From contig OY729427.2 of the NCBI GenBank assembly GCA_963422375.2, forward strand, positions 1,408,001-1,472,000: DNA of 64,000 nt. Reading direction: 5' to 3'. Under the pieces are notes generated by a model. That model did no database searches. It was given only the letters and a program-made list of their open reading frames with translations, and had not been told where the DNA came from. Made by a program: the position numbers and the translations under genes. Positions 39,847 to 50,081 of the stretch are shown piece by piece. Numbering within the stretch: position 1 is the stretch's first letter; the number at the start of each line of letters is the position of its first letter. The stretch is from Bryobacterales bacterium. GTDB lineage: Bacteria; Acidobacteriota; Terriglobia; Bryobacterales; UBA6623.

Positions 39847-40464
39847 ATGCTGGTCGATCCCGAGACAATCGTGAGGGCCCAGTCCGGCGACGACGAAGCC
39901 TTCAGCGAGATCATCCGGACGTACCGCAAGAGAATTCTCGGCACGGTATACCGGACGATCAGTCGCGTGGACGACGTGGAGGATGTCGGACAGGAAGTCT
40001 TCGTGCGACTGCACGACTCCCTCCGGCAGCTCAGGACGCCGCAGGTTTTCGAGCCTTGGCTGTACCGCCTGACGATCAACGCCTGCTACGACTACCTGCG
40101 TCGCAAACGCAGGGAGATCGATGTCAGGATGGCGGATCTCAGCGAGGAGCAGGTGGTCGCGGTGGACGCGGCGCTGAGCGGCAAGAAAGCACTGGAGGAG
40201 AGCAAGAAGGAAGGTGCCCGCGAGCTGCTGGAGATTCTGATGAGCAGGATTTCGGCGGCGGACCGAGGGCTGCTGGTCCTTAAGGAGATCGAGGGCCTGA
40301 CACTGAAGGAGCTCAGCGTGGTGTACAGGGTCAACACGAACGCGCTCAAGGTGAGGCTGTTCCGCGCCCGCAAGCGGGCGCTGAAGGCCTACGAGGAACT
40401 GACCGAGGAAGCCAGGATTCGGACGCGGGGAGAGGACGATGCAAGTCAAGCGAGCGAAATTTGA
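39847..40464 (+). CDS. ECF sigma-70 factor
   Basis: DVEDVGQEVFV, FEPWLYRLTINACYDYLR, LKVRLFRARKR. Confidence 0.92.
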   Translation: MLVDPETIVRAQSGDDEAFSEIIRTYRKRILGTVYRTISRVDDVEDVGQEVFVRLHDSLRQLRTPQVFEPWLYRLTINACYDYLRRKRREIDVRMADLSEEQVVAVDAALSGKKALEESKKEGARELLEILMSRISAADRGLLVLKEIEGLTLKELSVVYRVNTNALKVRLFRARKRALKAYEELTEEARIRTRGEDDASQASEI

Positions 40465-40756
40465 CGAATTCTGCGGCCGCCTGTTCGCGATTCACCGCGA
40501 CCTGCTCGGCGACTTCGAGCCCAGCCCGGCCTTCAGCGCGAAGGTGTGGGCGCGCATCGAGGCCCGAAGGCGGGCGGGAGCCGAGGACATGGACTTCTGG
40601 ACGGCCTGTCTGACGGAGTGGTCGCGGTGGTTCGTACGCGTCGCCATGGTGGCAGCTGCGCTAGCGCTCTGGCTGCCGTTCGCTAACGATGCCGGGCCAG
40701 GCGTGCTGGAAACCAGCTACGTGGACGTGCTCATCCAGGACGAACTCGACCAGTGA
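40439..40756 (+). CDS. Putative single-TM anti-sigma factor
   Basis: Overlaps the ECF gene; PSPAFSAKVWARI followed by one TM helix. Confidence 0.65.
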   Translation: MQVKRAKFDEFCGRLFAIHRDLLGDFEPSPAFSAKVWARIEARRRAGAEDMDFWTACLTEWSRWFVRVAMVAAALALWLPFANDAGPGVLETSYVDVLIQDELDQ

Positions 40757-41160
40757 CGTTCGGAGGGACTAGGACGAAGGCGATCCTGGCCTTGGTCGCG
40801 GTGTTCGCAGCCGGGGTGGTCATGGGCGCCGTCGGGCACCGCACCCTCCATCGCGGCGGCCCCATGCCTCCCGACGAGTTCCGGAAGCGCCTGCTGGACG
40901 GCCTCACCCAGGACCTCGGGCTGGACGAACGCCAGAGGGTCGGCGTCGACGAGGTCCTGACTCAGACGGCAAGCCGTTTCGAGTCCGTGCGCGAGGCGCT
41001 CGGGCCCGAGCTGGAGGCGATCCGAGCCGAGCGAGCCGAGCGGATCATGGTCCTGCTCAATGCGCCCCAGCAGGCCAAGTACGAGGAGATCATCAAGAAG
41101 CGCAGGCGCAGGCGCGGCGACCAAAGCGGTCGGGCCTTCCGAGACTTGAGACGCCGCTAG
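40753..41160 (+). CDS. Membrane-anchored helical periplasmic protein (Spy/CpxP/heavy-metal-sensor-like)
   Basis: TM VFAGVVMG-like segment, then LGLDERQR...LLNAPQQAKYEE helical hairpin; coupled to the anti-sigma gene. Confidence 0.62.
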   Translation: MTFGGTRTKAILALVAVFAAGVVMGAVGHRTLHRGGPMPPDEFRKRLLDGLTQDLGLDERQRVGVDEVLTQTASRFESVREALGPELEAIRAERAERIMVLLNAPQQAKYEEIIKKRRRRRGDQSGRAFRDLRRR

Positions 41161-41327
41161 GCCAGTTGATTCGCAAGCGGACAGCCACCATCCAAGGGGG
41201 CGGCGCGCTCGCAGGTCACGGCGGAGTCGCATAGGGACGGGTGCGGGCCCGTGTCTAGGTGATACGTCCAAGCCAGGCCCCGGTCACGCGCCGAGCCCGG
41301 GCGCGGCCCCGCCGGCGAGCGGGCCAC

Positions 41328-41777
41328 TCACGACGAACCCGGGCGGGCGGGCCGACGCGCCAGCGCGAGGCACTTGCGCAGGATCTCGCGCTCCGAGTCG
41401 TACGTGAGCGCGAGAAGGGCCGCTTCCGGCTCGAGCCAGGACAGAGCCCGCACCTCCGGCGAGGGCCGGAAGCGCCGCTCGCGCGTGGCCTGCAGCTCGA
41501 AGTAGACGACTGCCTTGGGCCTCGTGCCGACGTAATAGAGGGCCAGTCCGCCGAATCCGACGATCCGCGCCTCGCAGCAGGTCTCTTCCAGAACTTCCCG
41601 CAGCGCCGCCTCTTCCCATGCCTCGCCGTCGTCGAGCTTGCCCTTCGGCAGGGAGCACTCGCCGCTCGAGTGCCGGTCCCGCATGACGACTGCCACCTCG
41701 GCGCGCTCGCCGCCGCGCCACACGACGCCTCCGGCCGCCCGGACGAAGGCAGGGCGCGCCGCCTCGGCCGCTGCCAT
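41328..41777 (-). CDS. NUDIX hydrolase
   Basis: AAGGVVW, LPKGKLDDGEAWEEAALREVLEET (Nudix box). Confidence 0.9.
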   Translation of the reverse strand: MAAAEAARPAFVRAAGGVVWRGGERAEVAVVMRDRHSSGECSLPKGKLDDGEAWEEAALREVLEETCCEARIVGFGGLALYYVGTRPKAVVYFELQATRERRFRPSPEVRALSWLEPEAALLALTYDSEREILRKCLALARRPARPGSS

Positions 41778-41782
41778 TCCCG

Positions 41783-43321
41783 TCAGCAAGGCAGGCGCAG
41801 GTCCCGGCCGGTCATCTCCGGCGGCTGGGCCGCGCCCATGCAGGCGAGGATCGTGGGGGCGATGTCGCGCAGGGATCCGCCCTCGGCCAAGGGCCCGGCG
41901 TGGTCCCCGGCGAGTACGAACGGCACCGGGAAGGTCGTGTGGTAGGTGTGCGGCAGGCCGGTGGCGGGGTCCACCATCAGGTCGGCGTTCCCGTGGTCCG
42001 CGGTGACGATCCACTGCCCGCCACGGCGCCGCAGGGCCTCCTCGATCTTCCCGAGGCAGCCGTCCACCGTCTCGCAGGCCCGGACCGCGGCTGCCAGCAC
42101 CCCCGAGTGGCCGACCATGTCGCCGTTCGCGAAATTGACGACGATCAGGTCGAAGGAGCCGCGGTCGATGCCCCGCACGACCGCGTCGCAGACGCCCCCC
42201 GCGCTCATCTCCGGCTGGAGGTCGTAGGTGGCGACCTTGGGCGACGGCACCAGCTCGCGCTCCTCCCCGGCGTAAGGCTTCTCCCTGCCGCCGTTGAAGA
42301 AGTAGGTGACGTGCGGGTACTTCTCCGTCTCGGCCACGCGCAGGTTCCTCCAGCCGCGTTCCGCGCAGAGCTCCCCGAGGATGCGGTCTGGGAACTGCGG
42401 CGGCGAGATCACCGGGAAGCGGTAGTTCCGGTCGTACTCAGTCATCGTCACGTAGTGCAGGCCCCGCGGGGCGAGGTCGCGCGCGACCTCGGTCGCGTCG
42501 GGCTGGTTCAGGGCGAGAGTGAGCTCCCTGGCGCGGTCCGCCCGGAAATTGAAAAAGACCACGGTGTCGCCGTCCGTTATCTGCCCGACCGGCTGGCCGT
42601 CCGGCCCGGTCAGGACCGTCGGGACCACGAATTCGTCCGTGACGCCGGCAGCGTAGGACGCTTCGATCGCGGCCACCGGGTCGGCCGCCCGCAGGCCCTC
42701 GGCGGCGACGATCGCCCGGAACGCTCGGTCGACCCGCTGCCAGCGCCGGTCCCGATCCATGGCGTAGTAGCGGCCGCTCAGCGTCGCCAGCCGGCCGCAG
42801 CCGATCTCGGACATGCGCGCCTGCAACCGACGCAGCTGGTCCGCGCCGCTCGTCGGCGGCGTGTCGCGGCCGTCGGTGAAGGCGTGAACGAAGACCCTGC
42901 GGACCCCTTGGCACCGCGCGACCTCGAGCAGGGCGTAGAGATGCTCGGCCCGGGAATGCACGCCGCCACCGCTGAGGAGGCCCATCAGGTGCAGGGCGCC
43001 GTCCCGGGCGCGCGCCATGGCGCCCCTGAGCGCGGGATTCGCGCCGAGCCGCTCGTGTCGGACCAGCTCGTCGATCCGCGTGATGTCCATCTGGACGATG
43101 CGGCCCGAGCCGATGTTGAGATGGCCCACCTCGCTGTTGCCCATCTGCCCCTCCGGCAGGCCCACGTGCGGGCCGTCAGTCCGGATCAGCGTGCTGGGGT
43201 ACTGCCGCCAGAGGCGGTCGAAAACGGGCGTTCGGGCGAGCGCGACAGCGTTGGCGGCCGGATCCGGATTGTGCCCCCAGCCGTCCATGATCGTGAGCAC
43301 GAGTAGTTTTCCGGTCGGCAT
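41783..43321 (-). CDS. gpmI: 2,3-bisphosphoglycerate-independent phosphoglycerate mutase
   Basis: MDGWG, GQMGNSEVGH, FTDGRD, GRYYAMDRD, AETEKYPHVT, NGDMVGH, TADHGN. Confidence 0.97.
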   Translation of the reverse strand: MPTGKLLVLTIMDGWGHNPDPAANAVALARTPVFDRLWRQYPSTLIRTDGPHVGLPEGQMGNSEVGHLNIGSGRIVQMDITRIDELVRHERLGANPALRGAMARARDGALHLMGLLSGGGVHSRAEHLYALLEVARCQGVRRVFVHAFTDGRDTPPTSGADQLRRLQARMSEIGCGRLATLSGRYYAMDRDRRWQRVDRAFRAIVAAEGLRAADPVAAIEASYAAGVTDEFVVPTVLTGPDGQPVGQITDGDTVVFFNFRADRARELTLALNQPDATEVARDLAPRGLHYVTMTEYDRNYRFPVISPPQFPDRILGELCAERGWRNLRVAETEKYPHVTYFFNGGREKPYAGEERELVPSPKVATYDLQPEMSAGGVCDAVVRGIDRGSFDLIVVNFANGDMVGHSGVLAAAVRACETVDGCLGKIEEALRRRGGQWIVTADHGNADLMVDPATGLPHTYHTTFPVPFVLAGDHAGPLAEGGSLRDIAPTILACMGAAQPPEMTGRDLRLPC

Positions 43322-43408
43322 GCGAACCCTCCACCGATTATCCAACAGGGGATTCCGGGCGGACGTCGCGGGGGCTGGGCGCGATCGCGCGCCGGTGACC
43401 GGCTGCCG

Positions 43409-44425
43409 CTAGTCCTTGCGGCCCAGGATCCGGTCGAGCGCGTCCGAGGTCTGGTAGATCAGCGCTTCCGGGTAGTGCTGGAACGGATGGAAGTACTCGA
43501 AGGTAAGGTACCCCTCGTAGCCGACTCCCTGCAACGCGTCGATGACCGCGGGCCAGTCGGTCGTACCGTCCAGCAACGTGCGGAACGTATTCAAGTTGAA
43601 CTCCTGCGTCCGCTTGTCCCACTCCTTCAAATGCACGTTCTTGATCCGCTTGCCGAGGATCGGCACCCAGTGCTCCGGGAATTGGTACTGCATGATGTTG
43701 CCGGTGTCGAAATGCACCTTGACGGTCTCGGTCGCGAAGCTGTCCACGAAGGCAGCCATCTCCTGCGGGCTGAACAGGAAACCGTTGGCGAAGATGTTCT
43801 CGATGTTGATGGTCACGCCAGCTCGCTCGGCGCGGGGAATCAATGCCCGCACGGCCTCGGTCGCCAAGCGCTCGCAGGTGTCGTTCGGCACGGGAACGGA
43901 ATCCTCGAGCCAGGGCGCGTAGACGGCGCCGGGCACGACGAGCAGGCTGTCGGTTCCGAGGAGCGCCGCCGCCTCGATCATCCGGCCGGCCAGCTCGATC
44001 CCCCTGGCGCGGCGCCCGGGGTCGGGATGGGTCATCGAGTACGGCCAGAACAGGAAGGAGCAGACCCCGCTGACGGCGATCCCGGCCTCGTCGGCCATTC
44101 GCTTGACGGCGCGGATCTCGTCGTCGCTGGACTCCGCCGAGAATTCCCCTTCCAAGGCGAAGTTCGGCTCCACGGCGTCGAAGCCGGCGTCCCGGGCAAT
44201 TTGGAAGCACTCCGCGAGGGACCACTTGTCGGGATACGGGAAGGCCCACAGGTTGATGGACTTGCGCATGCCGGCGACGCGACGGCGCGGGGCCGACGCC
44301 TGCGCGCTCGCCGCCGGCGCGGCTGCCAGGCCCTGCCTCGCCATGAAGGCCGGGCCGAAGAAGGCGGAATACGCCAGGAGCTCGCGACGGCAGGGAGCGC
44401 CGCCGAATCGTTTTGGTGGGGGCAT
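43409..44425 (-). CDS. Sugar phosphate isomerase/epimerase (TIM barrel) with a Tat-like leader
   Basis: CRRELL leader, AGFDAVE, INIENIF, HFDTGNI, VHLKE, GYEGYLTFE. Confidence 0.87.
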   Translation of the reverse strand: MPPPKRFGGAPCRRELLAYSAFFGPAFMARQGLAAAPAASAQASAPRRRVAGMRKSINLWAFPYPDKWSLAECFQIARDAGFDAVEPNFALEGEFSAESSDDEIRAVKRMADEAGIAVSGVCSFLFWPYSMTHPDPGRRARGIELAGRMIEAAALLGTDSLLVVPGAVYAPWLEDSVPVPNDTCERLATEAVRALIPRAERAGVTINIENIFANGFLFSPQEMAAFVDSFATETVKVHFDTGNIMQYQFPEHWVPILGKRIKNVHLKEWDKRTQEFNLNTFRTLLDGTTDWPAVIDALQGVGYEGYLTFEYFHPFQHYPEALIYQTSDALDRILGRKD

Positions 44426-44449
44426 GACGCTCTCGCTCGGACTCCGCTG

Positions 44450-44698
44450 TCAGTCTCGCGCGTCGGCGACCCGGTTCCCGACCGCACGCATCCTCGACGT
44501 CAGCTTGCGGCCGAGCCCCTGCAGCGTGGCGGGCGCCTTCGGGAACAGCTTTTCCATGTTCGGCGTGGAGGCCTGCGGGTGGCCGGACAGGCCGAGGGCC
44601 CGAGCGGCTTGGTCGTCTGTGTAGACAATCAAGATGTTGGGCTCGACGGCATCGCCCAGCTGGGAGGCGAGGCCGAGCAGCAGCAGGAGCCGGATCAC
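44450..44698 (-). pseudogene. Internally deleted sulfatase remnant (82 codons)
   Basis: Signal peptide plus PNILIVYTDDQ...GHPQASTPNMEKL (sulfatase N-terminus), joined directly to a short terminal helix; no CxPxR motif. Confidence 0.7.
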
Positions 44699-44768
44699 GG
44701 TGCCAGTGTATCCCGTCCTCCGCGGCCGACGGCTTTCCGGCGCTCGCGACCGGAGTATAATGCGGGGT

Positions 44769-45170
44769 ATGAGACGACTCGCATTTCTTCCGGCACTGCT
44801 GGCCGCCTCGGCCTTGGCCCCGGCGCCCGCCGAGGCGGGCGAGAAGGCCCTGATGCACTGCTTCGCCTTCACGCAGATCGAGGAAGCGACCGACGCCGAT
44901 TGGAAGGCCTTCCTGTCCGCCACCGACGAGCTGCCCGCTAAGATCGAAGGCCTGACGAAGGTGTGGGTCGGCAAGCTGAAGCGACCGCTGCGCCAGTACG
45001 GGAGCAACCAGAGCGAGCCGCGGCTGCGCCAGTGGGGCGTCTGCATGGAGATGAAGGACGAAGCCGCGCTAGCGGCCTACGCCGACCATGAGGCCCACAC
45101 CGCCTGGGGCAAGGCGTACGCAAAAGTCCGCGTGCCGGGCACGACGACCTTCGACATCCTCGGGCAGTAG
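44769..45170 (+). CDS. Dabb family (stress-responsive A/B barrel) protein with a signal peptide
   Basis: LMHCFAF, LPAKIEGL, MKDEAALAAYADHEAH. Confidence 0.78.
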   Translation: MRRLAFLPALLAASALAPAPAEAGEKALMHCFAFTQIEEATDADWKAFLSATDELPAKIEGLTKVWVGKLKRPLRQYGSNQSEPRLRQWGVCMEMKDEAALAAYADHEAHTAWGKAYAKVRVPGTTTFDILGQ

Positions 45171-45185
45171 GGTCGCGGCCATGCA

Positions 45186-46037
45186 GTGATCCTAGGCGGC
45201 GCGGCGAAATCGCGAGCGAGCGAGTTCGCCGGGGGCCTAGTGTACCGGTGTGCCGTTCCCGGCACGTCGCGCGCCAAATGGGCGTGGCTTGCCGACACGC
45301 ACGTCCCGGGCGACGAGTCCGTCGCGACAGGCGGGCGGCGTCCCGCGGAGACTCTCCGGCGCGTCGTGCGTGAAGTCGCGGAGGCGGCGCCCCGCGGCGT
45401 GCTGATCAACGGCGACCTGGCGTGGTCGTCGGGCCGGCCGACGGACTACGGTCGGCTGCTCCAAGAGCTGCGCCCCCTCGCCAGGGACGCGGTCGTGGTC
45501 CTCGGCATGGGCAATCACGACTCGCGCCGCAACTTGCTCGCCGCCGTGACTGGCGGCGCGGAGCCCGCGCCGGCCCGGCTCGCAGCGGTTGTCGACGCGC
45601 CGCCGTACCGCTTCGTCATGCTCGATTCGCTGATCGACACAAGCGAGGTAGGCGGGGAGATCGGCTCCGCGCAACTCGGGTGGCTTGACTCCGTCCTCGC
45701 GGAAGAGGCCGCGTCGCGCACCTTCGTCTTCGTGCATCATCCGGGCCGGTCGGCCAGCGCCGGCTGCCGCGACTTCGACGCGCTGGAGCGCGCGGCGGCG
45801 CGCCGACCCGGCGTCCAAGCGCTCGTCACCGGCCACGAGCACGAGTTCTTCCTGCGCCGGGCGGGCGGCGTCCCGCATGTCGGGCTGCCCTCGGCCGGTT
45901 TCGCCTTCGAGCCCGCAACGCCCTGCGGGTGGGTGGAGGCGCTGCTGTCGGAGCGGCGCATCGAAATCCGCCTGCACGGCGGGGGCGCGGAGAGCCTACA
46001 CGAGCTGGGCTGGAGGCCGTCCTGCGCCGCGCCTTGA
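45186..46037 (+). CDS. Metallophosphoesterase (calcineurin-like, CpdA-type)
   Basis: ADTH, NGDL, GNHD, HHP, GHEH. Confidence 0.87.
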   Translation: MILGGAAKSRASEFAGGLVYRCAVPGTSRAKWAWLADTHVPGDESVATGGRRPAETLRRVVREVAEAAPRGVLINGDLAWSSGRPTDYGRLLQELRPLARDAVVVLGMGNHDSRRNLLAAVTGGAEPAPARLAAVVDAPPYRFVMLDSLIDTSEVGGEIGSAQLGWLDSVLAEEAASRTFVFVHHPGRSASAGCRDFDALERAAARRPGVQALVTGHEHEFFLRRAGGVPHVGLPSAGFAFEPATPCGWVEALLSERRIEIRLHGGGAESLHELGWRPSCAAP

Positions 46038-46086
46038 TTCCCCGGCCCGATTCCGCATATGATGTTTGGACTGCAGAGCTTCCTCG

Positions 46087-47232
46087 ATGAAACAAGTGAT
46101 CGTAATCGCCTTGGCCGCGCTGGCTTGCGCGGCGGCCGCTTCCGGCCAGGCCGCCTTGGAAATACGCGACGTGGAAATCGACTCCCAGTCGCCCGAAGGG
46201 GCGGTTCTGACGCAGGCCGGGATCGCCGAGGAGGCGGAGGAGCGAATCGGGATCCTCGAGGGCTTCCTGAACGACTACCCGGAGAGTACGTATCTGGGGT
46301 ACGTGCTGCTGCAACTGCAGGGCCTCTACACGCAGCAGCAGGCCTGGGACCGCGCTGCCGGGGTCGGCCAGCGCCTGCTCGAGTACGTGCCGGAGGACCT
46401 CGAGGTCCGGCACAACTACAACCAGTCGCTGCTTAACTCCCAGCAATGGGACGCGCTGCGCGCCGCCCTGGCCGTGACCAAGCCGCTCGCCGAGAAAGAG
46501 GCGGCGGCGCCCCCGCCCGAGGATCCCGACGAGGACGAGGAGATGCTCTACGAGAGCGGGATCGACTACGCCAAGGGCGTCATCCAGTACGCCGAGTGGG
46601 CGCTCAACGTGGGCGTTTCCCAGAGCCAGCCCGCCACGCGGATCCAATTCATGGACTCGCTCCGGGAGCTGTTCCCGGAGAGCGAGTACCTCGCGGGAAT
46701 CGACGACAAGTACGTGCTGGCCTACCAGCAGATGGGCGATGTCCCGGGCATGGTCGGGGCGCTCGAGCGCGCCCTAGCCAACAACCCCGGCAACGAGCAG
46801 TACCTCTACACGCTGGCCGAGACGGCCCTCAGCCAGCAGGACTTCGACAGCGCCATCGCGCGCTCCGAGGAGCTCGTCAATCTGATGGGCGAGAAGCCTG
46901 CCCCGGAAGGCACGTCCGCCGAGGACTGGGAGGCCCACACGAAGAGGTTCTCCGCGCTGGGCAGCTACGTCCGAGGCACTGCCCATTTCAACAAGGGCGC
47001 CTGGCGCACGTCCCGGAGCCATTTGCTCAAGTCCGTCGACACCGTCAAGGGCGAGGGCGGCGAGCGCTACGGCATCCTCGCCTACATGCTGGGCTTCTGC
47101 TACGTCAAGCTGGACATCGCGGGCGACAACATCCCGCAAGCCACGCGCTGGATGGGCGAAGCGGCCCGCCTCCCCAACCCGATGCAGGCGCAGGCAGCCC
47201 AGACGCTGAAGGCCATCCAAGCGGCGCAGTAG
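46087..47232 (+). CDS. Exported tetratricopeptide-repeat protein
   Basis: Signal peptide, FLNDYPES, ALERALANNPGNEQYLY and other TPR-like helices. Confidence 0.75.
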   Translation: MKQVIVIALAALACAAAASGQAALEIRDVEIDSQSPEGAVLTQAGIAEEAEERIGILEGFLNDYPESTYLGYVLLQLQGLYTQQQAWDRAAGVGQRLLEYVPEDLEVRHNYNQSLLNSQQWDALRAALAVTKPLAEKEAAAPPPEDPDEDEEMLYESGIDYAKGVIQYAEWALNVGVSQSQPATRIQFMDSLRELFPESEYLAGIDDKYVLAYQQMGDVPGMVGALERALANNPGNEQYLYTLAETALSQQDFDSAIARSEELVNLMGEKPAPEGTSAEDWEAHTKRFSALGSYVRGTAHFNKGAWRTSRSHLLKSVDTVKGEGGERYGILAYMLGFCYVKLDIAGDNIPQATRWMGEAARLPNPMQAQAAQTLKAIQAAQ

Positions 47233-48264
47233 CTACCGCCGGGATTCCTCCCGCAGGGGACGCAGCGCCTCCCGCGCCGCGCCGAGAGCCCCTTCCAAGC
47301 GCGCGGGCGGTTCGCGGACGAGCCGCAGCGCCAGTCGGCGGGCATGCTCGCGTAGGACCTGGGAGTCGAGGTATTCCGCCGGCGACTTGCCGTCCACGCG
47401 GGCCAGCATCAGCAGAGCCAGGTGGCGCACGCTGGCCGACTCGAACCACCCCAGCGCCGGCAGCGGCAGCAGGCCCAGCGTCCACGCGAAGGCGGTCCGG
47501 GCGAGGCGGAAGTAGCCCCCTGCCAGCTCGGGGCGGCGGAAGGCCTTCAGGATCAGGTGGTTCAGCAGGAAGGCCGCGTCGTAGCTGGGGTCGCCGAAAT
47601 GGGCGCATTCGAAGTCGATCGCGACGATGCCGCCCGCATGGACGAGCAGGTTCTTGGGGCTCCAGTCGCCATGCACGACCGCGACCCGGCGCGCGGCGGA
47701 CTCGGCGATCCAGCGCTCCACCCCGGCCGCGCAGCCGGGGTGGAGCGCCGCGACCGTGCGGTAGTACGGATCCGTCCGCAGCTGGTCGAACGCCGTCCTG
47801 TCGGCCAGCCGCTCCCGGCATTCCGCGTCGGCCCAGGTGTCGCGAATGACCAAGCCGAGCGTCGCCCCGGCCAGCCTGGCCGTGCCGGCGTCGCACTCCC
47901 CCGCTAGGAGGCGGGTCTTCCAGTCCGCGCTTCCGGGCGGGGCGGCGCGCATCGCGAAGAGGAACCGGTCCGGGTCGAGGAAGAGCGGTTCGGGAAAGCG
48001 CCCCGCCGGGACCCTCCGGCGCAGGAGCCGCAGGACGTCCCACTCGCGCAGGATCCGGGATCGGTCGGCCAGCCACTCGTCGCGCACCCTTAGCCGGGGC
48101 AGCGACTGCTTGAGGACGACGCGCTCGCCCCCGCTCTCGACTAGGACGACCGTGTTGGACACCCCTCCCGCGAGCGCGCGGGCCGAAGGCTTCCCTTCCA
48201 GCGCGAGGCGGCCTTCGAGGAACCGCAGGGCGCTGCGCTCGTCCAAGTCGTCCGGGCCCGCCAT
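47233..48264 (-). CDS. Aminoglycoside phosphotransferase family kinase (methylthioribose-kinase-like)
   Basis: LAGGVSN, VLKQSL, HGDWSPKN, IDFECAHFGDPSYD; ATG overlaps the mlaD stop. Confidence 0.85.
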   Translation of the reverse strand: MAGPDDLDERSALRFLEGRLALEGKPSARALAGGVSNTVVLVESGGERVVLKQSLPRLRVRDEWLADRSRILREWDVLRLLRRRVPAGRFPEPLFLDPDRFLFAMRAAPPGSADWKTRLLAGECDAGTARLAGATLGLVIRDTWADAECRERLADRTAFDQLRTDPYYRTVAALHPGCAAGVERWIAESAARRVAVVHGDWSPKNLLVHAGGIVAIDFECAHFGDPSYDAAFLLNHLILKAFRRPELAGGYFRLARTAFAWTLGLLPLPALGWFESASVRHLALLMLARVDGKSPAEYLDSQVLREHARRLALRLVREPPARLEGALGAAREALRPLREESRR

Positions 48265-49250
48265 CAGCGCCCCGGCCCGCCAGCCGTCGCCGGGACCTGG
48301 CGGTCCGGCTTCGGGCGCGAGCGGATCAGGGTCCACGGGCGCTGGCGCAGGTCCGCGCTCAAGGCCTCGATGTCCTCGGACGCGCTGCGGAAGTTCTCGA
48401 CGATCTCGGCGACGTTCGCCTCGTTGAGCAGCAGCAATGCCCTGGCATCCCCCAGGACGAGCCGGGCACCTGCCATAGCGGCCTCGAGCTCGGCGAGCGT
48501 GCGCTTCATCGGCTCGCGCGTCTCCTCCACGGAACGGTCAAGGCCCGCCAGGGCCGTGTCGGCGGTGCGGGCGACCTGCCGGAATTCCGCGGCCAGATTC
48601 TCCACGCGCTCCAGCGTCTCGGACAGCTGCGTCGTGATGCGGTCGATCTTCGGCGACTGCGTCTCGATCAGCTCGTTGCTGTTCGCCAGCATCCTGGCGA
48701 TGTTGCGCCGGTTCCGCTCGCCGCTCAGATCCTTCAAGTTGACCATGACGTCATGGAGGTCGTCGGCCACCAAGGTCATCTTGAGGTCGATCCGCCCCAT
48801 CAGATCCACGGCCGTGTCGGCGACCTCGGCCACCTTCCGCGTCAGATCCGAGAACGTCAGGGCTTCGGCCGAGGGCACCACGCCGCCCGGCTCGATACGC
48901 GGGGCGTCGATGGAGCCCGGCAGCACCTCCAGGTAGTTCTGCCCGAGGGCGTTCAGGCTGGCGATGGTGGCGACGGACTCGCGGTTCACGGGAACCTCGG
49001 CCCGCAGGGCGAAGAGCACCTCGGTGCGGGTCATGTCCTCGCGCGACGGCCGCACGGACTGGATCGTGCCGACCTTGCGGCCCCCGAACCGCACGGCGCT
49101 GCCCTCGTCCAGCCCCCCGATGTACGAGAAGTAAGTCCTGTAGGCATGCGTCTCGCCGGTCAGCTGGACGTTGGCCACGTACAGGAACGTCGTCACGAGA
49201 ATCGCCAGCGCGCACACGACTAGCAAGCCGACCTTCGTTTCGTTGGTCAC
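48264..49250 (-). CDS. mlaD: MlaD/Mce family protein with a long helical tail
   Basis: ETKVGLLV TM helix, GLDEGSAVRFGGRKVG, LGQNYLEV, coiled coil, RPWTLIR. Confidence 0.88.
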   Translation of the reverse strand: MTNETKVGLLVVCALAILVTTFLYVANVQLTGETHAYRTYFSYIGGLDEGSAVRFGGRKVGTIQSVRPSREDMTRTEVLFALRAEVPVNRESVATIASLNALGQNYLEVLPGSIDAPRIEPGGVVPSAEALTFSDLTRKVAEVADTAVDLMGRIDLKMTLVADDLHDVMVNLKDLSGERNRRNIARMLANSNELIETQSPKIDRITTQLSETLERVENLAAEFRQVARTADTALAGLDRSVEETREPMKRTLAELEAAMAGARLVLGDARALLLLNEANVAEIVENFRSASEDIEALSADLRQRPWTLIRSRPKPDRQVPATAGGPGR

Positions 49251-50081
49251 TCAGAACCCCGTGATGTACTCGTGCGAGGACTCGTCGATGTCGTCCGCCA
49301 CGCGGTTGACGAACTGCCGGATCCGACGGTGCCGGTGCGCGAGAATCGCGTCCACCGTCCCGACCGCCAGGACCTTGCCCTGGTCCAGCATGCACATCCG
49401 GTCCGCGATCAGGTACGCGCTCTGCATCTCGTGGGTCACGACGACGATCGTCATCCGGAAGGCCTCCTTGAGGCGCAGGATCAGGCGGTCGATCCCGGCG
49501 GCAATGATCGGGTCAAGGCCCGCGGACGGCTCGTCGAAGAAGAGAATCTCGGGATCCAGCGCGAGCGCCCGGGCCAGCGAAGCCCGCTTGCGCATGCCGC
49601 CGGACAGCTGGGTGGGATACATGTCCTCCACGCCCGTCAGCCCGACCTGCTGCAGCTTCATCCTAGTCATCAGGCGGATCGTGGACTCGGCCAGCTCCGT
49701 GTGCTCGCGCAGCGGGAGCGCCACGTTGTCCCCGACGGTCATGGAGTTGAACATCGCCGCGCCCTGGAACGAGACGCCCATCAGCCGCCTCACCTTGGCG
49801 ATCTCGGCGCGCGAGGCGTTCACGATGTCCACCCCGCGGATCCGAATGGAGCCCGAGGCCGGCCTGGCCAGGCCCTCCAACTGCCGCAGGAGCGTGCTCT
49901 TGCCGCAGCCCGACGGGCCGAGAATCACCATCGTCTCCCTGGGGTACACGTCTAGGTCGACACCGTGGAGCACCGTGAGCGCGCCGTAGCGCACCGTCAG
50001 GCCGCGCACCGAAATCACCGGATCGAGGCCCCGCTCGTGCGGGTGCCGCCGCTCCCCGGCCGGTGCGGTCGCTGCAGTCAT
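49251..50081 (-). CDS. mlaF: MlaF-type ABC ATPase
   Basis: GPSGCGKS, FQGAAMFNSMTVGDNVALPL, LSGGMRKR, FDEPSAGLDP. Confidence 0.9.
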   Translation of the reverse strand: MTAATAPAGERRHPHERGLDPVISVRGLTVRYGALTVLHGVDLDVYPRETMVILGPSGCGKSTLLRQLEGLARPASGSIRIRGVDIVNASRAEIAKVRRLMGVSFQGAAMFNSMTVGDNVALPLREHTELAESTIRLMTRMKLQQVGLTGVEDMYPTQLSGGMRKRASLARALALDPEILFFDEPSAGLDPIIAAGIDRLILRLKEAFRMTIVVVTHEMQSAYLIADRMCMLDQGKVLAVGTVDAILAHRHRRIRQFVNRVADDIDESSHEYITGF

